DNA of 64,000 nucleotides from an uncultured bacterium (GTDB lineage: Bacteria > Omnitrophota > Omnitrophia > Omnitrophales > Aquincolibacteriaceae). Positions 8,457 through 18,400 of this stretch are shown piece after piece. A model generated the notes under the pieces. It was not told the DNA's origin. It ran no database searches and was given only the letters and a program-made list of their open reading frames with translations. A program made the position numbers and the translations under genes. The stretch is from contig CAZLTL010000006.1 in the NCBI GenBank assembly GCA_964562525.1, positions 31,187 to 95,186 of the forward strand, given 5' to 3'. Numbering within the stretch: position 1 is the first letter of the stretch; each line of letters opens with the position of its first letter.

Positions 8457-9751
8457 ATCCATTTTCGATTGATACACGCACGATTCAATCGGGTGATCTT
8501 TTTATTGCTTTGGATGGAACCCAACAAAAAGGGTATTCGTTTTTGCCCGAAGCTTTCAAAAAGGGCGCCGCTTCAGCTTTATGCGCGGAAAGCTATCGCG
8601 CGCAAGTCTCTCCTGAATGGATTCAGCGGGTGAGGTTTGTTCCGGATCCCGTTTTGGAAATGGCAAATTTAGCGCGGGAGCATCGCAAGCAATTCGATAT
8701 TCCCGTGATCGGGGTTGTCGGTAGCGTGGGTAAAACATCCACCAAGCAGTTTCTGTCCTATTTGCTTTCAAGACATTTTAGAGTTTTAGCCACCACGGGA
8801 AATTTAAATAATCAGCTCGGTCTTCCGATGATGCTGAGCCGACTCAATCCAGAGCACCAAAAGGCTGTTTTGGAAATGGGCGCGGATCATGTGGGAGATC
8901 TTGCTAACTTAGTCAGCATTGCAGCGCCCGACAAGGCTGTTTTGACTCCCATTGCACCCGAACATTTATTGGGGTTTGGTTCTTTAGCGGGAGTTTATGA
9001 CGGAGAACTTGAGATTTTACTTTCACCTCGACTTAAAACAATCGTCACCGTCGCGGGCGACAAGGAGCTTGACCGCCGTTTGAGTGGATGGTCCGGAAAA
9101 GTGATTCGCGTTGGATTTTCCAAAGAAGCGGATGTGGTGATATCTGATGTTTGTATCGAAAACGGAAAGACTCTTTTCAGAGTTCAGGGTCAGCAGGTGA
9201 CTTTACCAACTACGGCATCCTTTTTGGCGCTAAATGCGGGGCTTGCCGCGGCTATGGCAGTTGAGGCGGGACTTCAGTTGTCGGATATTGGCGGAGAATG
9301 GAATCCGGAATTGCCGAAGGGGCGTTATGCCGCGCGTAATATCGCTCGAGATATTACGGTGATTGACGATACATACAACTCAAGTCCCAAAGCTTTTTCC
9401 GCCGCGTTGGACGCGTTTAAAAAAATAAATTTTAAACGAAAATGGATTATTTTTTCTGATATGCTTGAGCTGGGAGCGGAATCGGCGCATTGGCATGATG
9501 TTTTGGCGGAGGATATCGCTCAATCGGGTGTTCACGCCGCTTGGGCTTTCGGCACTGAAGCTAAACGAACGATTCATCGATTAGAAAAGCGGGCCGGCAC
9601 TATCAATAGCCGTTGGTTCCAGAATGCTGAAAGCTTGGCGGAAGAATTGGTGCTGTGCGTTGAACCCGGAGATGGAATTTTGTTTAAGGGGTCGCGCGGT
9701 ATGCGGGTTGAAAAAGTTTTAGAGATTTTAGAGAAAAAGATCGCTGTTTAA
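8453..9751 (+). CDS. murF: UDP-N-acetylmuramoyl-tripeptide--D-alanyl-D-alanine ligase (MurF)
   Basis: The Mur ligase P-loop is GVVGSVGKTSTKQ. It overlaps murE by 4 nt and sits in the canonical dcw order. Confidence 0.9.
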   Translation: MNPFSIDTRTIQSGDLFIALDGTQQKGYSFLPEAFKKGAASALCAESYRAQVSPEWIQRVRFVPDPVLEMANLAREHRKQFDIPVIGVVGSVGKTSTKQFLSYLLSRHFRVLATTGNLNNQLGLPMMLSRLNPEHQKAVLEMGADHVGDLANLVSIAAPDKAVLTPIAPEHLLGFGSLAGVYDGELEILLSPRLKTIVTVAGDKELDRRLSGWSGKVIRVGFSKEADVVISDVCIENGKTLFRVQGQQVTLPTTASFLALNAGLAAAMAVEAGLQLSDIGGEWNPELPKGRYAARNIARDITVIDDTYNSSPKAFSAALDAFKKINFKRKWIIFSDMLELGAESAHWHDVLAEDIAQSGVHAAWAFGTEAKRTIHRLEKRAGTINSRWFQNAESLAEELVLCVEPGDGILFKGSRGMRVEKVLEILEKKIAV

Positions 9752-9771
9752 GTTTTTTTACGGAGTCATCC

Positions 9772-10857
9772 ATGCTTTATTTTTTGCATCAATTTGCATC
9801 AGAATCGATTGTTTTTAACCTTTTTCGGTACATTACTTTCCGCGCTGCCGCTGCCGCGGTTTGCGCTTTTCTTTTCAGTTTGCTTTGGGGACCGCGCTTA
9901 ATTCAGGATTTAAAAGCCTTGAAAGCGATTGCTAATAACCAGCGCGAACACGCTGAGTCCATTCATCACCTTTATGCTGATAAGAAAAATATTCCGACCA
10001 TGGGTGGCGTGCTGATTGTGCTGAGTGTTCTGTTTTCTACTTTGTTTTGGGCGAATTTAACCAACCTTTATGTTTGGCTTTTGATCGCGGTTTTGATCGG
10101 ATTCGGCTTTGTAGGGTTTCTCGATGATTGGCTGAAACTGCGGTATCAGAATTCTAAGGGGTTGCATGGTCGGCTTAAACTTCTCGGACAAATTTTGACG
10201 GGGCTTTTAATTGCTTGGGTTTTGTATCACTCCGATACTTTTGGACGCATGCTTTACTTTCCATTTTTAAAGCAGCCGATTTTGAATCTTGGAATTTTGT
10301 TTATTCCTTTCGTGATTTTTGTTTTGGTCGGAACTTCCAACGCGCTCAATTTGACGGATGGTTTGGATGGCTTAGCGATTGGATGCGCGTTTTTTACGGC
10401 ATCGACATTCGCGGTATTAGCTTATGTGACAGGCCGCCAAGATTTTACGGCTTATCTTTCAATACCTTATTTACCGGGCGCGGGTGAAATCACCGTTTTT
10501 TGCGCCGCTTTGGCCGGAGCTTGCGCGGGGTTTCTTTGGTATAACGCTTATCCTTGTCAAATTATGATGGGCGATACTGGCTCCCTTTCGCTGGGCGGCG
10601 TCATCGGTACGGTGGCTGTCCTTTTGAAAAAAGAATTTGTACTTGTGATTGTCGGCGGTATTTTTGTTTGGGAAGCCCTTTCCGTGATTATTCAGGTGAC
10701 GAGCTTTAAGCTGACGGGGAAGCGAGTTTTTTTAATGTCGCCGTTTCATCATCATTTGCAGAAATTGGGATGGCCTGAGAATAAAATTGTAATTCGCTTC
10801 TGGATTATTGCTTTTATGCTCGCCATCGTCGGTCTCGCTACGCTGAAAGTCCGATAA
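9772..10857 (+). CDS. mraY: Phospho-N-acetylmuramoyl-pentapeptide transferase (MraY)
   Basis: The motifs NLTDGLDGLA and MGDTGSLSLGG and about 10 transmembrane helices are present. Confidence 0.95.
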   Translation: MLYFLHQFASESIVFNLFRYITFRAAAAAVCAFLFSLLWGPRLIQDLKALKAIANNQREHAESIHHLYADKKNIPTMGGVLIVLSVLFSTLFWANLTNLYVWLLIAVLIGFGFVGFLDDWLKLRYQNSKGLHGRLKLLGQILTGLLIAWVLYHSDTFGRMLYFPFLKQPILNLGILFIPFVIFVLVGTSNALNLTDGLDGLAIGCAFFTASTFAVLAYVTGRQDFTAYLSIPYLPGAGEITVFCAALAGACAGFLWYNAYPCQIMMGDTGSLSLGGVIGTVAVLLKKEFVLVIVGGIFVWEALSVIIQVTSFKLTGKRVFLMSPFHHHLQKLGWPENKIVIRFWIIAFMLAIVGLATLKVR

Positions 10858-10860
10858 AAA

Positions 10861-10895
10861 AATCAGAAATCAGAAATCAAAAATCAGAAATCAAA
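10861..10895 (+). repeat. Heptanucleotide tandem array (aatcaga/aatcaaa x5) immediately after the mraY stop, with a 10-bp inverted partner (tctgatttct) at 10958-10967
   Basis: The sequence reads directly as aatcaga aatcaga aatcaaa aatcaga aatcaaa. The reverse complement of agaaatcaga occurs 85 nt downstream. Confidence 0.85.
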
Positions 10896-10983
10896 GCCAT
10901 AACTTAGAATTCAAAGATGTTCGAGCATCTAAATGTATTTAATCTATGGTTCTGAGCTCTGATTTCTAAGCTCTAAACTTATT

Positions 10984-12237
10984 ATGAATAATCTTCCTCC
11001 GGATATCGGAAAAAATGTGGTCGTTCTTGGTTTGGGTGAAAGCGGCTATCAAAGCGCGCTTGAGCTTCAAAAGCTGGGTTTTGATGTTTTTGCCACGGAT
11101 AAATCCGATACGCAAATTTTAAGAGAACGGGTCGATGCTTTGTCACGGAAAGGCGTTCAAGCGGAATGCGGAAAGCATACTTTTGACCGCGTCCAGTCAG
11201 CTGACTGGGTTTTAATTTCTCCCGGTATTCCGCCGCAATCAGAAATTTATCAGGCGCTTTTAAAATGGAAAAAGCCGGTTTACAGCGAAATTGAAGCAGC
11301 CAGTTGGTTTTGCCCTTCAAAAAATATTGTTGCGGTGACGGGCTCATGCGGAAAAACTACCACCGTGACCCTCATTCAAAGAATTTTAAAAGAAGCCGGC
11401 CGTGATGTGGTGTTATGCGGCAATATCGGCAATCCTTGGATCGGAGAATTGTCCAAAATCAAGCCTGAAACTTGGGTCGTTTTGGAAGTCAGTTCTTTTC
11501 AGCTTAAACATTGCCGCAAATTCAAACCCCATATCGGAGTCTTGCTTAATATTCATGCCAACCATCTTGATTGGCATCCTTCTCTTGAAGACTATGCTCA
11601 TTCAAAGTTGAAAATATTTGAAAATTTAGTCAAGCATGACTGGATGCTGCTTCAACAATCAGATGAAAAGCAATATGGTCCGATTCGTTCTTCCTCGACC
11701 AAGCATTATTTAAACCCGGTTGGGCAGGAGAGTTTGCTTGAAAATGCCGCGCGCCAAGTTGCTGAAATTGCGGATATTTCGTTTTCGGTGGTGGAGCATG
11801 TGTTTCGCAACTTTGAAGGGCTTGAGCATCGGCTTGAAAAGTTTTGGGAAAGTGACGGCGTTCAAGCCGTGAATGATTCCAAGTCCACGACACCCGCTTC
11901 GCTCATTTGGGCTTTAGGGCGTTATCCTGATCAGAGTGTGGTCTTGATTACGGGCGGCAGAGTTAAAACGCCCTCTTTCGTGGAGTGTTTGCCCGCGCTT
12001 AAGGCGAAAGCAAAAAAAATTGTTGTGATCGGTGAAGCACAGCCTATGATGCTTCAAGAGTGGGCCGAGCTGAATCCTCATTCCGCCGAGTCGCTTGCCG
12101 CTGCTTGCAAAACCGCATTGGCTTCTGCCCAAAAAGGGGATACGGTCCTTTTTTCACCCGCTTGCTCCAGCTTCGACATGTTCAAAAGCTACATCGACCG
12201 CGGTAATCAGTTTAAATCCCTCATTCGCCAAAGATAA
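10984..12237 (+). CDS. murD: UDP-N-acetylmuramoylalanine--D-glutamate ligase (MurD)
   Basis: The N-terminal Rossmann region is VVVLGLGESGYQSALEL. The Mur ligase P-loop is VAVTGSCGKTTT. It follows mraY as in dcw clusters. Confidence 0.9.
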   Translation: MNNLPPDIGKNVVVLGLGESGYQSALELQKLGFDVFATDKSDTQILRERVDALSRKGVQAECGKHTFDRVQSADWVLISPGIPPQSEIYQALLKWKKPVYSEIEAASWFCPSKNIVAVTGSCGKTTTVTLIQRILKEAGRDVVLCGNIGNPWIGELSKIKPETWVVLEVSSFQLKHCRKFKPHIGVLLNIHANHLDWHPSLEDYAHSKLKIFENLVKHDWMLLQQSDEKQYGPIRSSSTKHYLNPVGQESLLENAARQVAEIADISFSVVEHVFRNFEGLEHRLEKFWESDGVQAVNDSKSTTPASLIWALGRYPDQSVVLITGGRVKTPSFVECLPALKAKAKKIVVIGEAQPMMLQEWAELNPHSAESLAAACKTALASAQKGDTVLFSPACSSFDMFKSYIDRGNQFKSLIRQR

Positions 12238-12434
12238 ACTGTTCCTTACTATTCTCAGACCTGTGATCTAGGATCTGAGCCTTCAATGCTATGATTTGCT
12301 ATAAATGCTAGCTGTTGCTATGCACAATGAATAAAAAGTCATTAAAGATAGCTGTAAATATTGTAATTATTTAATCTTCTAGGTAGCTTTCTATAGGAAG
12401 AACAGACTTTCTAATATGAAAAAAAACTAAATTC

Positions 12435-15400
12435 ATGAATAGAGTCCCGAGAATTTACAAGCTAATCGCAGTGTTTACCGCACTTTGCTTAGAGTGCACG
12501 TCCATCTCCATTCCCACTTTGCATGCTCAAACAGTTCCGCAAAATATTCTTTCTGTAAAAAAACTGAATCCTGAGATTCTTAAATTACCGGAAAAGTTTG
12601 GTGAGGTGGTGGAAAGCCATGCGGGAAATGGAAATGTGATTGTGGTGCAGGACGCGCACGCAATTCCGGATGCGCAGAAGAATATCGCGAATGTGATCAA
12701 GTATATGCAGCAAGAGTATGGCGTGGGAACCGTTGCACTTGAAGGTGCGAGCGGCGATCTCGATCCGCAAATCTTCCGCAGTTTTCCTGATAAGAAGCTG
12801 CTGCGAGAAGTGATGAACGGGTACATGAATTCGGGTGAAATCGCGGGCGGTACGGCTGCTGCGATTTTCGACGAAACCACAACGAAGTATGTCGGGGTAG
12901 AAGATTGGGATGTTTATGAAGAAGGTTTGGGGCTTTATCTCTCCGCGATGGATAAGACCGCAGCCATTGAAGCTCAGCTATCTGCTTTGCGTGAAAAGTT
13001 AAACAAGGAAAAAGAAGCGATTTATCCGCGGGCGTTACTTGAAGTTGATCACGAGATCGAAAAGTTTTATGAAAATGCCGCGCAGCTAACGGAACTGATT
13101 AAAGTGTTGGGAGCGATTCAAGCCCCTAAGGCAGGCAGTGAACTTGAAGCGGTGTGGAAGGAAGTTTCGAAAGCCCACAGTCCGGCGACCGGAGGCGAGA
13201 GAAAGGACATAGAGGTTCGTGCTTTAGCAGCGAAGGTCGAAAAGGTGTTAAAGAGCCCAGGGGCGGTGAAAGCGTTTAACAGCCGTAAACAAGAATGGAT
13301 GACAGGTCAGATCAGCGCAGAAGCCTTTGCACTCAATTTGAAAGAGTTTGCTGATCAAAGCGGACTTAATCTTGAGATGTCCTCCGATTTGCTCGGAATG
13401 GTACGAGACCAGCAAACGTTAAAGGGGCTTGAAGGAACCAAGCTGTTTCGGGACTTAGAGATTTATATCCGTGAAGTGAAGATGCAGTTAACGCAAAGAC
13501 AACAGACGGATGTTTCGGTTAGCGGTGTGAATGCTGAGATGTCAGCGATTCGGGCGTTGGATGAACGGACGAATTCACTGCGTGTATTAACGAAGCTATC
13601 AAAACTTGAGTTGTCCCGCCAAGAGTGGACGAATTTATCGGGGAATTTGGTGTTTGAGGCCTTTGCGGCATTGGGATTAAAACAAGAAGACTTTCTGTTC
13701 CACCTCGCTTTTTATCTGAATGCTGAAGAACGCGACCAAATCTTTTTCGATAATCTCAAAGCTTCGGTCACCGGCCTCCGGCCTTCCGTGATTGTGGCCG
13801 GTGGTTTTCACGCGGAAGGAATCACGAGCCGCCTCAAAGAGGCGGGAATGGGCTATGCGCTTGTGATGCCGAAGATCAATCACATTCCTGAAAATAACTC
13901 GTACAAAGCGCAGATGCGCGGGGAAGTGTCGTGGAAAGATTATTTTGAAGTTGAGAACGGTCGCATCCATCTTTACAAGGCGTTTGTGCGCGCAACGCGC
14001 GACAAGCTTGTCGCAGACCGGAGACCGGAGGTCGGAGGGCAGAGTGACTCAGAGCTCCGGACCCCGGACTTAGGCCTATTAAAAGCTTGGCGCGATCAAA
14101 TCATCCGTGATTTATCGGATATGGGGAAGGTGAATCGCGCGGCCTGGTACACACGGTTTATGGATGAAGTGGTGGACGAAAGCCTGAAGCACACCGATGC
14201 CGACAAGCTGATGATCAAAGTCGACAATTTTATCCGCGGTTTGCGCGGACTTGAGAAGAACAATCAAATTGATCAGGCAAATATAGCGGATTTACTCAAG
14301 GCAAGTATGGCGTCACCTGCTGTTACTTCCCCAGCTGTTGTCGGTACCCCGCTGTCGTTTCCGGTTAATCCCGCAAGTGAAGTTACCATGCAAGAAGCAT
14401 GGGCTAGCGTCCGGGAGTCTCTTCCTGTCGCCATAATTAATGCTTCTCCAGCAGATAATACGCAGTTGCAAGAGCAGGTGACGACGATTCAGGCAAATGA
14501 GCCAATTAATTACAGTGGACTCTCAGCTGAGTTTGATGCAGCAGCTATTAAGCAAACGGCCTTACTTAGCAATTTGGTTCGGCGGGTCTCAAGTATTACC
14601 GATGCAGATTTGGAGTATGAGTGGAATGAAATGGGACGACTTCTTCGTTTGGTGAACGGGATGAAAGGAGAGCCCGACCCGCGAGATCCGGAAGCAATTT
14701 TTGGTTCTGAAGAGCGCAATTTTAAACTACCGGTTGCAATGCGTTCCAAAATTGTGCGCAGTTTGAGTGAGCGAATTCAGTTTAAGTTGGCATGGACGCA
14801 TGCTGTAAATACATTTTTGAACGATGCTGAAGGTGTATCCAAGTTGGCAAGCCGGGCTGCCCCTGCATTAAGAGAGAGTAATGATGAGGGCGCGGCTGTT
14901 GAATTTGAAGTTTTGTCTCCTGGACAATTAACGGACGAAGAATTCTACCGTACTCTTTTGGGCGACAACGGAACCGTGAGCAATGGGTTGATTGGTTCGG
15001 GAAATTTAGTAGCAGCTTTTCGACTTGTTACTCAGAAAATGGCCGTCATGATCAAGGCCGGACCCGAAGGAGTTCCCGGTGGATCAAGAGAGCTAATCAA
15101 GCGCGTTCATGCCTTAGATGGAGTCGCTAAAATGATCCGCGATGAAATTACAACAATGCAGCGCTCCGAAGCGCGGGTTAATGAAAATGCGCCGACAGAT
15201 CAGGCGGCACGGGAGGAAGCGCTTGCAACTGATGAGAAGCTGAAAAGGCTTGATGTCACGACTTTCTTTAAAGAGATCCTTAAATCGGAATGGAAGTGGT
15301 TGTTGGTTGGTTTTGTTTTATTAATTTTGAGCACCATGCTCTACGACTTAGTCGCTGTTACTACGGTCGCGCAATTTTTTTTAAAATCTCTGGGGGTGGG

Positions 15401-18400
15401 TGTTGGTTTCTCTTGGGGTGCGATTTTGCTGTTCAATCCTTTGACAGTGCTTACCCATGAATTAGGGCATTTTCTAACCTACCGATTAGTTGGCGGTAAA
15501 TCCGATAACACGTTTGGTTTTAATAGGCACTCCTACTTTTTCAATGCAGATGACATATATAAACTCCCCATATGGAAAGTTCGGATTGTGGATATGGGTG
15601 GGCTTGTGATCAACACAGCTATTTTTGCCACAATTGGTCTTATTTCGTATCTTACTTTGGGCGCGACCCCTGTTCTTATTGCTCTCGCTGGACTTCAACT
15701 TGCTGAATTTATAATGGCTTCCGGTGATTATGAGAAATTCTTCAATGCCAGAGGGTATCAGGCTTTGAGCCTTGATATTGCAAAGTTTCAGGAAGAGATC
15801 AAAAATTACAAACCTGAATTTCATGCAGATGGCACGCGAATATCGGCTGAAGCTGATCGCCCTTTGGATGAGCAAACTCAACGCGAAGCACGGGTGGATA
15901 AAACAGAAGAGGCTTTGAGAAGTGGGGCGTTAACAGTTGAAGGGAAAACGGCGGTTTTTGGCCCTCAGGCGAATAAAGATTTTGCGATAGGAGTAAGCCC
16001 GGAAGTTTCATTTGTGGATTTAGATAAAGCCGATTTTGTAACGAAAGCAGAAACATTTCTCTTTCAATCGCTTTTCTTTGCGGCGGCTTTTTTAAAAATC
16101 CCTGTTGGGAAAGAGCAGAAATTAAATACTTACAAGGAAGTATTTGAAGCGCTTCAAAATGCCAAAGCCGCGGTCAAAAATGCCGGTGGCTTAAGCTTGT
16201 ATGCTGCCCAAGAAAAATTAAAAGAAGCCCAAGCTGAAAAAGATGAGTTTGTGGCTGAAGCTCAAAAGAGAGGTTTTGCCGAGTTTTTGCTTCCGGGTGG
16301 AATTCTAAGCCGCCGCATGGAGATTTTTGTTCCCAATGAAAATCAGCGCGAACGGCTTTTAAAGTATTTAACCTTAACTTTTGTAGGGCAAAGTAAGGAA
16401 TCGCTGCTCTCAGACATTCTGAAAGTGCAGCAAAAATTAGGAGTCACTTTTGATCCGGCGGTTCTTGAGCAGCTTTTAGCCGAGTTTGAATCAAAGCGCA
16501 GCTTCATGTTTCCCGGGGGAGTTTTTGCCGGGAAAATGGATGCAGAGATTCAAGATATTTTTGGTCAATTTATTCAGGTGAAAGTTTTAAGTCAAACCCA
16601 AAGTGTTTCAAGCCCCTCAGTTGGAAATATTCAGCTCAATCTTTCAGGTGCGTTGGTTATGGGGGCAGGCCAATCTGAAGTCGCTGTGGATTGGGATCAA
16701 GTTTTACAGTCAGGAGAATTGGCTCCGGCATGGTCTGAAGCTTTTACTGCACAGCTCAAGAAGGCGCTCATCTTTAAAGATGGGAAACTGCGTGTGTTTA
16801 ATCTCGGGACAGGCGACCCCACCCCGTTTAGCCAGAATCAAGATTACACACATATGGCATTTATTGTGAATGGGAAAATGATTGTTACCGATCCGTCCAT
16901 TCGCAGTATTCGTAATCTTGAGCGTTTGGGATTTTTGGAAAAAGTTGAGGCAATTCATCTGACCCATGTTCACTTTGACCATGTAGGTGGCATTTTAGAT
17001 ATAGCGCGCCGTAAACTCAAAAAATCGGAATCCTTGCCTAAGCTTAAGCTGGTTATGCCGACTGTTGTTGCGCTGCAACTCGAAAGAACTCTTGCTTATA
17101 ACTTTTCCACGATGGCTGATGATTCAAATTATGATTTCAGCCAGCTTGCGCTGGTCAGCGAACTTTTCGATTATCGGGGACCTGAGAAAATCAATAAAAC
17201 GATAGAAATTTCCCAATTACAAGAATCTGCAGAGTTTAAAGGTGTTCAAATTGAACTTGCACCAACGTTTGGACACCCGATTCCAACCTACGGAGTCAAA
17301 TTGATTACTCAAGAGGGTTTGAAGATAGCCTATTTGTCCGATTCAGTGATGCCAACCCCAACGATTAAAGCAGCGGATGGAAAGGCAATCCCTAATCCTC
17401 GATATTCGGAGTTTGTAAGTTACTATGCGGATTCAGATATATTGATTGCTGAAAATGGCGTGCCGGGCGTGCATATTACTCCCGAGCAGCTTGCCGAGGC
17501 TTTCCCTGAGCATATTAATAACGGAACTCTGTTTACTGTTCATTCGTCGGGTCCCCAAGCTCAAAAAGGGTTAATTCGATTTATGCCGGGCATGATCTTG
17601 TCTCCGCTTCAATCGAATCAAAGAAAGCAAGATGTTCAGCAAAGTGCAGCGACGCTCATTGAGAATGAAGCTATTCGAGATTTTTTAAAGTTAAATTTAG
17701 AGTTAGCCCAAGAACTTTCGAGTATGGGAACGAAGGTTTCATTTTCTGAGGGGGAAGTTCTTTTTCAGCAAGGCAACCCGGTTTATGACTTTGATCATGT
17801 TTATATTTCTTTATCCGGCGAAACAATCGTTGAGGGGCCCGGTGCAAAGCGGCTTCCTTCGATTGGAGCTGGGAGATTAATCGGTGAAATGGCGCTTTTG
17901 ACTAAGGCTTTGACGCAAGAACAATATGACCAGATCATGGTAGCCATCGGGAAGGGTAAGGATACGGCAGCGCTCGATTTTTTTGGGAGAGTGACTTACG
18001 ATTTGGTAATCGAAGGGCAGCCTCCTTATCGCATTGTGAATCCAAGTTTTGACTTAGAAATAGAAGCGAAGGAATTGACGGAGGATCAAAAATCAAAGTT
18101 AAAGCCTGTCTTTGATATTGCAAAGTCAGGTAAACCCATTCCGCGATCGGTAACGGTTCGGGCAGGTGCGGGAGCAACTTATTTAGCGATTCCCAAAGAT
18201 GCTTTTTTACAGTTTTTAACACGAATTGATGCGTCAAAAATCGATTCGAGTCGACAAGCATTCATTTCAGCTATTTACGCACAAATTGGCATCAATCTTG
18301 ATTCTCGAAAAAAGATGAGTGAGTTAGCCACTCCCACTCAGAACGAAACAGATGTGGTAAAGGCATCAGCTGATACGTCAGTTCGCTCCGAAGCGCGCGC

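Noticed and set aside
10861-10895. CRISPR array
   Set aside because: The repeats are 7-nt units in direct contact with no spacers. The unit is far too short, and no cas genes are nearby.
10891-10904. Exact 14-mer tcaaagccataact shared between the mraY-murD spacer and giant 3 (46271-46284), and 12-mer ctcagggcaagc shared between giant 1 and giant 3, as evidence of a mobile element
   Set aside because: Roughly ten exact 14-mer matches, and hundreds of 12-mer matches, are expected by chance in a 64-kb window on both strands. I kept the 14-mer only as a low-interest note because of its flanking context. The 12-mer is dismissed.
10982-11347. 121-aa minus-strand ORF overlapping murD
   Set aside because: It is antisense to the conserved murD N-terminus, and murD is strongly supported.
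12527-12880. Minus-strand ORFs nested inside the giant genes (for example 12527-12880, 13677-13970, 15486-15881, 47343-47765, 53890-54138)
   Set aside because: All of these are fully embedded antisense to long intact + strand ORFs with clear domain content. They are short, lack start-site context and have odd composition, so I treat them as spurious.
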